From: a virus
IMG/VR virus record: IMGVR_UViG_3300044634_004833
Location: 64,001 to 128,000 of that record
DNA: 64,000 nt
Reading direction: 5' to 3' (one strand)
The notes beneath the pieces are model-generated. The model ran no database searches. It was given only the letters and a program-made list of their open reading frames with translations, and was not told the origin of the DNA. A program made the position numbers and the translations under genes. This document shows, one piece after another, positions 39,010 through 47,662 of this stretch (position 1 is the stretch's first letter; the number at the start of each line of letters is the position of its first letter).

Positions 39010-39828
39010 ATGCTTAGGCGTTTGTTCACTGATGGCAACGGTGTTGATATTTCTGGCAAAACCCTTATTGTTTTTGATGTAGAAACTACAGGTCTAAATC
39101 CTGAAAATAAACTCACACAGATAACCACCATTTCTGCTGTTAAATACAATTCAAATGGAGATAGATTTGGGGACTCTTTTGACGAACATGTTGTTTTAAA
39201 CAACGATGTAAAAGAAAGACTCGCATTTGAAACAATTTTCCCTGTGCCAGATAATGAAAATATTAGCCAGTGGATTAAGAAGTCTGGCTGGGATTCAAGT
39301 CGGGCTACATTAAATGAATTGCAATCAGTGCAAGCATTTAAAAATTGGGTAGAGAAGCATGAAAATTATTTATTGGTAGGATACAATGTTAATTTTGATA
39401 TTAATATGATTAATTATCAATTGGCAAAAGAAAATAGACAAATTACAAGCAATTGTTATGATGTAATGGAATTGGCAAAAACCACATTCAGAGCTTTAAT
39501 TAATACTATGGCTCAAACTGGCAATACAGTTGCACAAAAATTCATTACAGATATTTCTGTTAATGAAAAACCATCTTATAAGCTTGAATTGATTGGGCCA
39601 GCTTTGGGATTTGCCACAGATAAGTCTCATGAATCTTTGGATGATTGCAAACAAACTGGAAGAATTTATTTTGAAATGAGAAAGATTATTAAAAAGAATA
39701 TTAGAATCATGAAGACACCTGCCTTTATGGAAAATTTTAGGTCTGCTCTCTTATCTTGGAATTATCAGATGTCCAAAAGCAATCGAAAGCAAGTTAATAT
39801 TGCTGTCCATGTTCCATCCGCAGTTTAG
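39010..39828 (+). CDS. DEDDh 3'-5' exonuclease (DnaQ-like)
   Basis: VFDVETTGL, VGYNVNFD, SHESLDD. Confidence 0.88.
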   Translation: MLRRLFTDGNGVDISGKTLIVFDVETTGLNPENKLTQITTISAVKYNSNGDRFGDSFDEHVVLNNDVKERLAFETIFPVPDNENISQWIKKSGWDSSRATLNELQSVQAFKNWVEKHENYLLVGYNVNFDINMINYQLAKENRQITSNCYDVMELAKTTFRALINTMAQTGNTVAQKFITDISVNEKPSYKLELIGPALGFATDKSHESLDDCKQTGRIYFEMRKIIKKNIRIMKTPAFMENFRSALLSWNYQMSKSNRKQVNIAVHVPSAV

Positions 39829-39829
39829 G

Positions 39830-39859
39830 AGTTGTATTTAACTGGCCAGCCCCTATAAT
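39830..39859 (+). promoter_or_regulatory. class I promoter-like motif upstream of the tRNA
   Basis: AGTTGT at 39830 and CCCC-TATAAT at 39854. Confidence 0.7.
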
Positions 39860-39881
39860 TTAATAGTCAACGAAAGTTAAC

Positions 39882-39955
39882 GCTCCCGTAGCTCAACTGG
39901 ATAGAGCAACAGATTTCTACTCTGTAGGTTGCTGATTCGACTTCAGCCGGGAGCA
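39882..39955 (+). tRNA. trnR: tRNA-Arg (anticodon TCT), no encoded CCA
   Basis: Acceptor gctcccg/cgggagc; D arm gctc/gagc; anticodon arm acaga-ttTCTac-tctgt; T arm gctga-ttcgact-tcagc. Confidence 0.92.
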
Positions 39956-39983
39956 TTTTGTATTCTTAAAAAAGGAGATTTAA

Positions 39984-40523
39984 ATGGGCAGATTATATGA
40001 TTTCACAAATTTTGATGGCGTAAATTTGTTGAATGATGTGTTTGTTGAAACAGGCACATTTCAAGGTGAAACTCTTGCACAAGCTGTTATTGCTGGATTC
40101 AAAGAAGTCCATACTATTGATGTAGTCCAAAAATATTGTGATAACGCAAAACTTAGATTTAAAGATTATGAAAATCTTCATTGCCATTGCGGAACCAGTC
40201 CTGATATTTTGAGTAAAATATTAGATGGAAAAAAATCAACTACTTTTTGGCTAGATGCTCATTATCAAAATAATGCCGATTTTGAGACTTGTGAAAAATA
40301 TGGTCAATGTCCTGTGCTTGAAGAATTAAAAGTAATTTTTTCAATTGAGTGGCAAGCAAGAATTGTAATTCTAATAGATGACTCACATATGTTTAGGAAT
40401 CCTGATCAAAATCGTTTCAAAGTAGAAGAGTGGCCAAAGGAAGACAAAATATTTTCTATTGTGCCAGAAGGATATACAATTAAAGATATTAATGATATTT
40501 TGATTATAACAAGAAAAGATTAA
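39984..40523 (+). CDS. class I SAM-dependent methyltransferase-like protein
   Basis: VFVETGTFQGET, FWLDAH, CPVLEEL, ILIDD. Confidence 0.75.
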   Translation: MGRLYDFTNFDGVNLLNDVFVETGTFQGETLAQAVIAGFKEVHTIDVVQKYCDNAKLRFKDYENLHCHCGTSPDILSKILDGKKSTTFWLDAHYQNNADFETCEKYGQCPVLEELKVIFSIEWQARIVILIDDSHMFRNPDQNRFKVEEWPKEDKIFSIVPEGYTIKDINDILIITRKD

Positions 40524-40560
40524 TATTGCTGCTTCTATATTATAATTGGAGGTAATTACT

Positions 40561-40806
40561 ATGGCTAAAGGTTTAAAGGGTAATAAGATCAAGGCAAAGC
40601 GTATTGCCGATGTGCAAAAGGTGCTAAACCAAGTTGCTCATCCTGCTGCTGCAGCCAAGTATAATCATATTCGTGTTCAGTTTGAAGATGGCAAAGAAGC
40701 TCATCTTCTTTTCACTGATGGCGAAATGGAGAAGGCTTTAGCTAGAGCAAAGAAGAATCCAGAAGATTGTCCAAATGTTTCTGTTTTCCGTGATATTTTT
40801 GATTGA
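40561..40806 (+). CDS. hypothetical protein
   Basis: SD GGAGG; ATG at 40561. Confidence 0.7.
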   Translation: MAKGLKGNKIKAKRIADVQKVLNQVAHPAAAAKYNHIRVQFEDGKEAHLLFTDGEMEKALARAKKNPEDCPNVSVFRDIFD

Positions 40807-40828
40807 TTGATACTTATTTAAATTTACT

Positions 40829-41032
40829 ATGACACCAGAACTACTTTTATCAGATAAGTTTGTTGAATTTTCACAAAAAATCTCTGCTCTTCATGAATCG
40901 AAGAAAAAGATCAGTACAGAATTAAAGAAGGTTGTTGAAGAGGGCAAGGCTAATCTCAAGAAGATTGACGATGAAGCCACTGTTTTAACAGCTGAATTTG
41001 AAACTTGGCAAAAAGAACAGGTCAAGAAGTAA
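40829..41032 (+). CDS. small coiled-coil protein
   Basis: ORF coupled to the next gene by TAATG. Confidence 0.65.
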   Translation: MTPELLLSDKFVEFSQKISALHESKKKISTELKKVVEEGKANLKKIDDEATVLTAEFETWQKEQVKK

Positions 41033-41673
41033 TGGTATTGAATCCTTTAAAGAGTCATCCATCTATAAAGATGGATGACTTATCTGTTAATTTAAACAAA
41101 GGTTGGGCATACCAAGCTTTGCCTGGATATATTGAGTATGATAAAGAATACTGGGAAAAATATATTGTATATGAAACAAATGATATTTGCAAGAAGCTAA
41201 ATGATTTCAGGTGTTCTATAACAGAAAAATATTGTACAAATGTATTAGACGTTGGGATAGGAAGTGGAATATTTTTAAAGAATTTAAATATTAATAAAAA
41301 AGGTTTTGATGTTAATAAACATGCAGTAGAATGGTTGAAAAATAATAATTTATATCATAACCCTTATGAAGAAAAAAATGATTTTGATGGTTTTTGTTTT
41401 TGGGATGTTTTAGAGCATTTTGAAAATCCAAATGATATTTTATGTAAAATTCCAAAAAATAGTTATGTTATAACTTCTTTGCCAATATTTAACGATATAA
41501 CAAAAGTTCATTTATCAAAACATTATAGACCAAATGAACACTTATGTTATTTTACTTCTGATGGATTAATAAATTTCTTTTCAGAATTGTTATTTGATTG
41601 TGTTGAAATAAGAAGCGATGAAATAAAAATCGGCAGGCAAGATGTTTTAGCTTTTGTTTTTAAAAAATCTTAA
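41032..41673 (+). CDS. class I SAM-dependent methyltransferase
   Basis: VLDVGIGSG, FWDVLEHFENP, KHYRPNEH. Confidence 0.82.
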   Translation: MVLNPLKSHPSIKMDDLSVNLNKGWAYQALPGYIEYDKEYWEKYIVYETNDICKKLNDFRCSITEKYCTNVLDVGIGSGIFLKNLNINKKGFDVNKHAVEWLKNNNLYHNPYEEKNDFDGFCFWDVLEHFENPNDILCKIPKNSYVITSLPIFNDITKVHLSKHYRPNEHLCYFTSDGLINFFSELLFDCVEIRSDEIKIGRQDVLAFVFKKS

Positions 41674-42674
41674 ATTTCAAAAGCAAATGAATCACACAAG
41701 TTTGAATAAAATAGATCTGGTTTGTTGCAAAATGGATAGTAACATCTTTTATTATCGAATAAATGACCATTTGTCGATTTTATTTTAATATTTTCTTTTG
41801 AAAATTTTTGTCCAGCTATAACAGATAAGCATGAATCAACTCCAATATAACCAGAAGATTTTTTTACTATTTCTATGCTTTCCTCTATATTTGAATCTTT
41901 TATGTGCAATATATTTGGATGAGGGTTTTTACAGTTACAAAAAACACAAACTAAATAAGTGCTTTTAGATTTGCATAAGTTATAAACACAATTTATTTCT
42001 TCTTCAGACATTTGTCTATTTTGCAGGTCTCTGTTTGGGTCTCTATTGCTAACTGTGACCATGCTTACATAAAACTGTGGCAAATTAAATTTTTTAATAT
42101 CTACATTATTGTTAGACATTAGAGAAGAATATTTTGGTGTTATTTCATTCTTATGTATTCTTGGAAAAACTTCGGCAATGCTAAAGTCTACCGTCTTGAA
42201 AGTTTTGTTTTTTATATAAGGATTATTTGTTGCAACTAAATAGTCTTTTAATTGTGGCCAGTTGTCGAAGTGGTATCTATCTTCTGGAAATTTATTAAAC
42301 AAATTAATTACATTTAAATTTGGATAGCATAACTTAATAAGTTTTGTAATTTCATTTGCACCTCTTGTAGCTAAAACAACTTGATTCAAACTTTCTATTT
42401 TGTCTGCAAATAAGTGAGATTCTACAGAGATAAAGTCTCCTATTCCGCCAGTTATTATAGCATCATATTTTATTGCCCTATCAAACCAATTATTATTTGG
42501 TATTTTTGGAGCTTCAAAAATTTTGTTGCTTGTTTTATGAACTCTTTGGTTGTCTATTGTTTTTATTTTATCATTACGCCAATTAATATTAGATGTTGGT
42601 ACGCTGCCTCCTCGTCTTTCGATAGACTTGCGTACTAAATCTTGTATTTTTATTGTTTTATTGTTTTCCATCAA
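41670..42674 (-). CDS. GT9/heptosyltransferase-like glycosyltransferase
   Basis: GGIGDF...YIGVDSCLSVIA. Confidence 0.6.
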   Translation of the reverse strand: MMENNKTIKIQDLVRKSIERRGGSVPTSNINWRNDKIKTIDNQRVHKTSNKIFEAPKIPNNNWFDRAIKYDAIITGGIGDFISVESHLFADKIESLNQVVLATRGANEITKLIKLCYPNLNVINLFNKFPEDRYHFDNWPQLKDYLVATNNPYIKNKTFKTVDFSIAEVFPRIHKNEITPKYSSLMSNNNVDIKKFNLPQFYVSMVTVSNRDPNRDLQNRQMSEEEINCVYNLCKSKSTYLVCVFCNCKNPHPNILHIKDSNIEESIEIVKKSSGYIGVDSCLSVIAGQKFSKENIKIKSTNGHLFDNKRCYYPFCNKPDLFYSNLCDSFAFEI

Positions 42675-42985
42675 GAGTTAATATATTTTTGTCTTAGTTC
42701 TTCTGCAAGTTCTTCAGCAATTGCTGCATTCACGTTTCTTCTTGTCAATTCTTTTATTAGATTTTTTTCTATGAACAGCTTATATGCTAAACCTTTTCTT
42801 TTGGCACTTTTCTTAATAAAATCTTGTCCTTTTTTGCATTCCTGTAATATTCTGAAAGCACCTATGCATATTGAAATTATCATAAGAATTGTAAATGGGT
42901 CAAAACCAATAGCATCATCAAATTTGTCGTGTACTATTTTTGATATATCTTTTTCATTCATAGTTGTCTCCATTTTTGTTTCCAT
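42671..42985 (-). CDS. small membrane protein
   Basis: GFDPFTILMIISICIGAFRIL transmembrane segment. Confidence 0.65.
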   Translation of the reverse strand: METKMETTMNEKDISKIVHDKFDDAIGFDPFTILMIISICIGAFRILQECKKGQDFIKKSAKRKGLAYKLFIEKNLIKELTRRNVNAAIAEELAEELRQKYINS

Positions 42986-43004
42986 ACTATATAGGTTTGT
43001 ATAA

Positions 43005-43037
43005 AAAAAAAGAGTCTGGTTGCCCAGACTCTTTTTT
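43005..43037. terminator. bidirectional intrinsic terminator
   Basis: aaaaaagagtctgg-ttgc-ccagactctttttt. Confidence 0.8.
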
Positions 43038-43054
43038 GTTTCGTTAAGTATAAA

Positions 43055-43327
43055 TCATGTGCTTGATACAACGCCAATAACGTCTGTTATGGTTTGAAGT
43101 GTGTCGGTGAATTCAGCACCGTCAGCCATTTCTGTAACCTTAACATCTTGACCAACGCCACCAGCGGCGGTTGTCATATAACCTGTTCTCTGAGCAGAGA
43201 CAGGGATTGTGGCGGGTTGGCCAGCAGCAGTGTTTGGATTGGTGATGTAAGTAACGCTTGTGTCCAAGGATCCCTCGTCAGCCAAGTTTCTGGCTTCTGG
43301 AGTTAGCCTTAATTGATAAGTTGCCAT
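43055..43327 (-). CDS. small, probably abundant late/structural protein
   Basis: TATAAATA at 43383-43390, SD AGGAG, own terminator, Thr/Ala/Gly-rich. Confidence 0.65.
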   Translation of the reverse strand: MATYQLRLTPEARNLADEGSLDTSVTYITNPNTAAGQPATIPVSAQRTGYMTTAAGGVGQDVKVTEMADGAEFTDTLQTITDVIGVVSST

Positions 43328-43431
43328 AATTTTCTCCTATAAAAAAAGGTCATGCATGCCTCTATTAGGCACAGTTATATATTATTTATATACTTTCTTT
43401 TCATTTTATATACAATTTTTTTATACCAATT

Positions 43432-43461
43432 GGTTGTTTGCCGTGGGTAGCCCCCTACAAT
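43432..43461 (+). promoter_or_regulatory. class I promoter-like motif
   Basis: GGTTGT at 43432 and CCCCC-TACAAT at 43456. Confidence 0.7.
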
Positions 43462-43506
43462 TTGAAGTGTCAGGCCGAAAGTAAAGTTATGAAAGGAAGG
43501 CAAATC

Positions 43507-43845
43507 ATGAAAAATGAAAAAGAAGTTTTGTGGGATGAAATTGATATTGGCACCCATCCATACAGTGAAATAGGTGTTGCAACTACAGATGCTGATTATC
43601 TTACAAAAGCCAAACAGGAAGCAGTCGCTTTTCGTCGCCAACTTATTCGTAAGTTTGGCAAGAGGGAAGATGCTGAATTCTTGGTACGCAAAATTAAGCA
43701 GCCTGACAACATTTATTACAATGTTGTTTTGACTTATCAGATCAACGACTTTGATTCATCTAACTTTGCATTTATTCAAGTGGAAGAATCTATTCCAGAC
43801 CATTGGGATGATATGGCTAAAAAGGAATTAGCTCAAGTTAAATAG
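43507..43845 (+). CDS. conserved phage hypothetical protein
   Basis: IGTHPYSE...DY...AKQEAVAFRRQL...PDHWD; ATG 43507 after AGGAAGG. Confidence 0.65.
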   Translation: MKNEKEVLWDEIDIGTHPYSEIGVATTDADYLTKAKQEAVAFRRQLIRKFGKREDAEFLVRKIKQPDNIYYNVVLTYQINDFDSSNFAFIQVEESIPDHWDDMAKKELAQVK

Positions 43846-43855
43846 ACAAACCCGC

Positions 43856-43888
43856 TAAACTACGCATATATACAGTATGCGTAGTTTA
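43856..43888 (+). promoter_or_regulatory. hairpin sequestering a start codon, with a late-promoter box at its top
   Basis: taaactacgcata-tatacag-tATGcgtagttta. Confidence 0.6.
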
Positions 43889-44611
43889 TTTGATTTTTAT
43901 GAAAGCAAAAAGTCTACTCTTGAGTACCATGAGACTCTTAATCCAAAACTATGGATCGGAGAGAAGCTTAAACCTCAAATTAGACAAAAACTTCTTGAAA
44001 TAGCTAATTTTTGGGCAGAGCATGCTTTAATTCCTGAAGATGCAATACAGGATATAACATTGGTAGGCGGAAATGCCAATTTTAATTATACAGATTTGTC
44101 AGATGTTGATTTGCACCTCTTAATAGACAAATCAAAAATAGCAGAATGCGAAGATAAAATACTAGATGAATATCTAAAAGATAAAAAAGCTATATGGGGT
44201 CTTACTCATGACCTTCAGATTTATGGCATACCTGTAGAGATATATGCACAGGACATTTCTGAAAAGACAAGCAAAGACCAAGGGGTTTTTTCAGTAAAAA
44301 ACAACAAATGGGTTAGCAAACCAACATATAAAAGAATTAATATAAACGATCCTATTATTCAAAAAAAAGCAAGATCTATAGAAAATGTTATTAATTATTT
44401 TATGCAAAATAAAGTAGATAATCTTCAATTGTTAAATAATTTTAAAGATAAAGTAAGAAACATGAGAGGCACTGCCATTAAAAGAGGTGGTGAATTTAGT
44501 GTTGAAAATTTAGCATTCAAAGAATTAAGAAATAAAGGTCTGCTTGATAAATTTACTAATTATATTGTAAGCATCGAAGATAAGAAACTTAGTTTGGGGG
44601 AAAATGATTAA
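43877..44611 (+). CDS. Pol-beta-superfamily nucleotidyltransferase
   Basis: LVGGNANFNYTDLSDVDLH, PVEIYAQ, GEFSVENLAFKELR. Confidence 0.8.
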   Translation: MRSLFDFYESKKSTLEYHETLNPKLWIGEKLKPQIRQKLLEIANFWAEHALIPEDAIQDITLVGGNANFNYTDLSDVDLHLLIDKSKIAECEDKILDEYLKDKKAIWGLTHDLQIYGIPVEIYAQDISEKTSKDQGVFSVKNNKWVSKPTYKRININDPIIQKKARSIENVINYFMQNKVDNLQLLNNFKDKVRNMRGTAIKRGGEFSVENLAFKELRNKGLLDKFTNYIVSIEDKKLSLGEND

Positions 44612-44843
44612 ATTCAATGATTGGATACACACAAGAGAATCAAGTGCCTCGACCAGAAACAAATGGATGGCTGCTTTAGGTCTTCAGCCAATGTATTCAG
44701 CAGATGTGTTTGGACATGCAACTCCAAGACCTTGGGTTGCAGAAAAACTACTTAAAAATTTAAAGAAGAAAAAGAAGAAGAAGAAGAAGAAATCTAAACA
44801 CAAAAAGCACAAAACCTTTAAGGAGTTTTTGGAAAACAAATAG
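44604..44843 (+). CDS. small Lys-rich virion-type protein
   Basis: MIKFNDW start, poly-K tract, terminal TFKEFLE. Confidence 0.65.
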   Translation: MIKFNDWIHTRESSASTRNKWMAALGLQPMYSADVFGHATPRPWVAEKLLKNLKKKKKKKKKKSKHKKHKTFKEFLENK

Positions 44844-44864
44844 GCATCGTTATAATTATTCATA

Positions 44865-45215
44865 ATGATTTTTAAAGAATGCCGCAACTGCAAAGAACAA
44901 AGAATACTAGAAGATTTTCCTCTTTTTTCAACTAAAGAAGCTGGAAGAAAAAATACCTGCAAAATTTGTACTTATAAACTAAGTGAGATCAGACGGCATC
45001 TAAAAATTACAAATCCTCCACCGCCTCCCGGCAACTGTCCGATTTGTAATTTCTTTACTGATTCATGGATACTTGATCATTGTCATTTTTCAAATGCTTT
45101 TCGTGGATACATATGTAATTCTTGCAACCTTGGTCTTGGTAGATTTAATGATGATATTGATATTTTGAGAAAAGCAATTGATTACCTTGGCAGGCAGACC
45201 ACTCCTGTTCCTTAA
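44865..45215 (+). CDS. endonuclease VII-domain protein
   Basis: CPIC...LDHCH...RGYICNSCNLGLGRFND. Confidence 0.85.
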   Translation: MIFKECRNCKEQRILEDFPLFSTKEAGRKNTCKICTYKLSEIRRHLKITNPPPPPGNCPICNFFTDSWILDHCHFSNAFRGYICNSCNLGLGRFNDDIDILRKAIDYLGRQTTPVP

Positions 45216-45218
45216 TCC

Positions 45219-45461
45219 TTAGTCTTTTCTAATGCCTTGTACTTTTGGATTGGAATCCATTTTTTTTATTATGTTCAAAGCTTTCCAAGGAGCCTTTTTG
45301 GAAAGATTCTTTAACCTAACATGGTCTTTAGCATCAATTGTATAAGTATAAAGTCTATCCCCTATGTAAACCATTACACGGCCATCGCTGAACCAGCCAG
45401 CATATTTAATTTGTTTTTCATCGGCTTCAAAAAGCCATTGTTTAAATTGTAATTGACTCAT
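45219..45461 (-). CDS. small virion-type protein
   Basis: QFKQWLFE motif; TATATA upstream. Confidence 0.65.
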   Translation of the reverse strand: MSQLQFKQWLFEADEKQIKYAGWFSDGRVMVYIGDRLYTYTIDAKDHVRLKNLSKKAPWKALNIIKKMDSNPKVQGIRKD

Positions 45462-45542
45462 TGTTGTATATATTTGAATTTGCCTATTATTTTTGTTGAC
45501 TCATTGTCGATTTGTTGGCATGATAATAACAAGGGGAAATAT

Positions 45543-46571
45543 ATGCTTATTGACAAGCCTTCATTACAATTTAAACAAAACAAACACACAACCTATGTTG
45601 GCGATTCTTTGCAATTTTTAAAAGCACTTCCAGAAGACCCTATTTTCAATCTTATCTTCACCTCCCCTCCGTACAATCTTGGCAAGACCTATGAAGATAA
45701 AGTTGAAATTGGAGAATATTTAAAGCTAATAATTCCTATTTTAGAAGAATCATTTAAAAGACTTGCTCCAGATGGCTCGTTGATTCTTCAGGTAGGCAAT
45801 TATATTACATCTGGAAAGACTAGAGTTCCACTTGACTACATATTCTTTCCATGCTTAAGCCAATTAGGATTTATATTTCAACAAAGAATCATATGGCATT
45901 ATCGACATGGCCTTCATGGTAAAAATAGATTTGATGGAAGACATGAAGCTGCTATGTGGTTCACCAAGAACGAAGACTATAAGTTCAATATTGATCCTGT
46001 AAGAGTTCCACAACTTTATCCCAATTACAAGAACAAAGGTGTTAAAACAGCAAACCCTATGGGTAAGAACCCTAGTGATACTTGGGAAATGGAAGCCCCA
46101 GAACTTATGACGGCAGATTTCATTGATAACATTCCTAATGTTAAGAAGAACCATTGTGAAAAAGTTGATCTTGTAAACCCTGTTTCAGCAGATGAAACCC
46201 ATCCTTGCCAGTTCCCTGTAGGTCTGGCAGAACGATTCATTTTGTCAATGACAGACAAAGGCGACGTTGTTTTCGACCCATTTGCAGGAGTTGGATCCTG
46301 TGGGGTTGCAGCAGTTATGAACGAAAGAATTTATCTTGGTTGCGACTTAATTGAACGATATGGACTAACTGCCGACCAAAGAATAGAAGATCATCTTCAA
46401 GGAAAGAGGAAGTACAGGCCTCATAACGCTAAGATTCCCGATCCTGCCAATAGTAGTTGTGGCCCTAATCCCAAACCCAAGAAATCAGACCATAAACAAG
46501 CGCAAAAGCCAACCTCTGCCTCGTTTGATTGGTCAAGCATCCAAATAAATTTGAACGATTTAGTCAAGTAG
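45543..46571 (+). CDS. site-specific DNA methyltransferase (N4-C/N6-A, beta class, M.BglII-like)
   Basis: TSPPYN, IIWHYRHG, HPCQFP, DPFAGVGS. Confidence 0.92.
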   Translation: MLIDKPSLQFKQNKHTTYVGDSLQFLKALPEDPIFNLIFTSPPYNLGKTYEDKVEIGEYLKLIIPILEESFKRLAPDGSLILQVGNYITSGKTRVPLDYIFFPCLSQLGFIFQQRIIWHYRHGLHGKNRFDGRHEAAMWFTKNEDYKFNIDPVRVPQLYPNYKNKGVKTANPMGKNPSDTWEMEAPELMTADFIDNIPNVKKNHCEKVDLVNPVSADETHPCQFPVGLAERFILSMTDKGDVVFDPFAGVGSCGVAAVMNERIYLGCDLIERYGLTADQRIEDHLQGKRKYRPHNAKIPDPANSSCGPNPKPKKSDHKQAQKPTSASFDWSSIQINLNDLVK

Positions 46572-46601
46572 GTTGTTTTTTTTGTAGTCCTCCCTAAAAC
46601 T
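46571..46601 (+). promoter_or_regulatory. class I promoter-like motif
   Basis: GGTTGT at 46571 and CCC-TAAAAC at 46595. Confidence 0.55.
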
Positions 46602-46625
46602 ATATTGTGGGCAGGGAAAGACCCC

Positions 46626-46657
46626 CTGCGATAAGTTTTTCAAATACTCTAGTGGCC
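46626..46657 (+). promoter_or_regulatory. class II motif CTGCGATAA-N14-CTAGTGGCC
   Basis: Both 9-nt boxes identical to the copy at 5950. Confidence 0.6.
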
Positions 46658-46695
46658 GGGAAGCCATTAACTAAAGTATGGAAGGAGGTGCAGCG

Positions 46696-47616
46696 ATGCA
46701 TTGTTTGCGTTTTCAACAAGGACATGGTGGTCGTTTCAGTGATCAGAGCTTGAGCAAGAAAAGCCCATCCTATATTGTTGATAAAGACTATGCGATTTGG
46801 CAGGATGACTGCCGTAAACTTTTGAAAGAATTGCCTCGTACTAAATCAATCAACATGGTGTGGAGTTCTCCTCCATATAATGTTGGCAAGTGCTATGAGA
46901 ACAATAAATCAATTAATGAATATCTAGACTTTCATAAAGAAGTGATTGATGAAATCATTCCTCGTATGGATGATGATGGAATTGTTTGCTGGCAAGTTGG
47001 TTTCTATGTGAATAATAAAACTGGCGAAATTGTGCCGCTTGAATATTTCTTCTATGACATGTTCAAGAAACATGGTTTGATTATGAAGAATCGAATCATT
47101 TGGCATTATCGACATGGTTTGACTTACGATAGTCGATTCGCTGGCAGACATGAAACAATTATGGTCATGACTAAAGGTAATCATAATTTTAATGTTGATC
47201 CTGTGCGTATGCCACAGATTTATAAGAATAAGAAGAAGAATGGAAAGTTGACCTGCAATCCTCTTGGTAAAAACCCTGGAGATGTTTGGGATAACATTCC
47301 TAATGTTAAGGCTAGTCACCCAGAGAAGATTGATCTGTATAATGGTCATACCAAGACCAAAGAGAAACATCCTTGCCAAACTCCAGTTGGTCTGGTTGAA
47401 AGGTGCTTGTTGAGCATGACTAAACCAAAAGACCTTATCTTGGACCCATTTGCAGGTACTGGAAGTATTGGTGTTGCTGCTGCAATTCATGGACGGCGAT
47501 TCTGGGGCTGTGAAATTTCAGCCAAATACGCTATCGCTGCCCAAGGTCGAATCAACCAAGCGTTGAGAGGGGAAGCTATGTGGCGACCCCATAACAAACC
47601 TATAAAATCTGTTTAA
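46696..47616 (+). CDS. site-specific DNA methyltransferase (beta class), paralogue of the upstream MTase
   Basis: SSPPYN, IIWHYRHG, CNPLGKNPGDVW, DPFAGTGS; SD AGGAGG. Confidence 0.92.
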   Translation: MHCLRFQQGHGGRFSDQSLSKKSPSYIVDKDYAIWQDDCRKLLKELPRTKSINMVWSSPPYNVGKCYENNKSINEYLDFHKEVIDEIIPRMDDDGIVCWQVGFYVNNKTGEIVPLEYFFYDMFKKHGLIMKNRIIWHYRHGLTYDSRFAGRHETIMVMTKGNHNFNVDPVRMPQIYKNKKKNGKLTCNPLGKNPGDVWDNIPNVKASHPEKIDLYNGHTKTKEKHPCQTPVGLVERCLLSMTKPKDLILDPFAGTGSIGVAAAIHGRRFWGCEISAKYAIAAQGRINQALRGEAMWRPHNKPIKSV

Positions 47617-47662
47617 AAGTTAGTTTTGGTTTTTTCATTCATTTAAGAAAGGATGGTGCGTT

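Noticed and set aside
39882-39955. tRNA as tRNA-Sec or a suppressor supporting UGA readthrough
   Set aside because: Anticodon is TCT with a short variable loop; no selA/selB/selC/selD seen in this window
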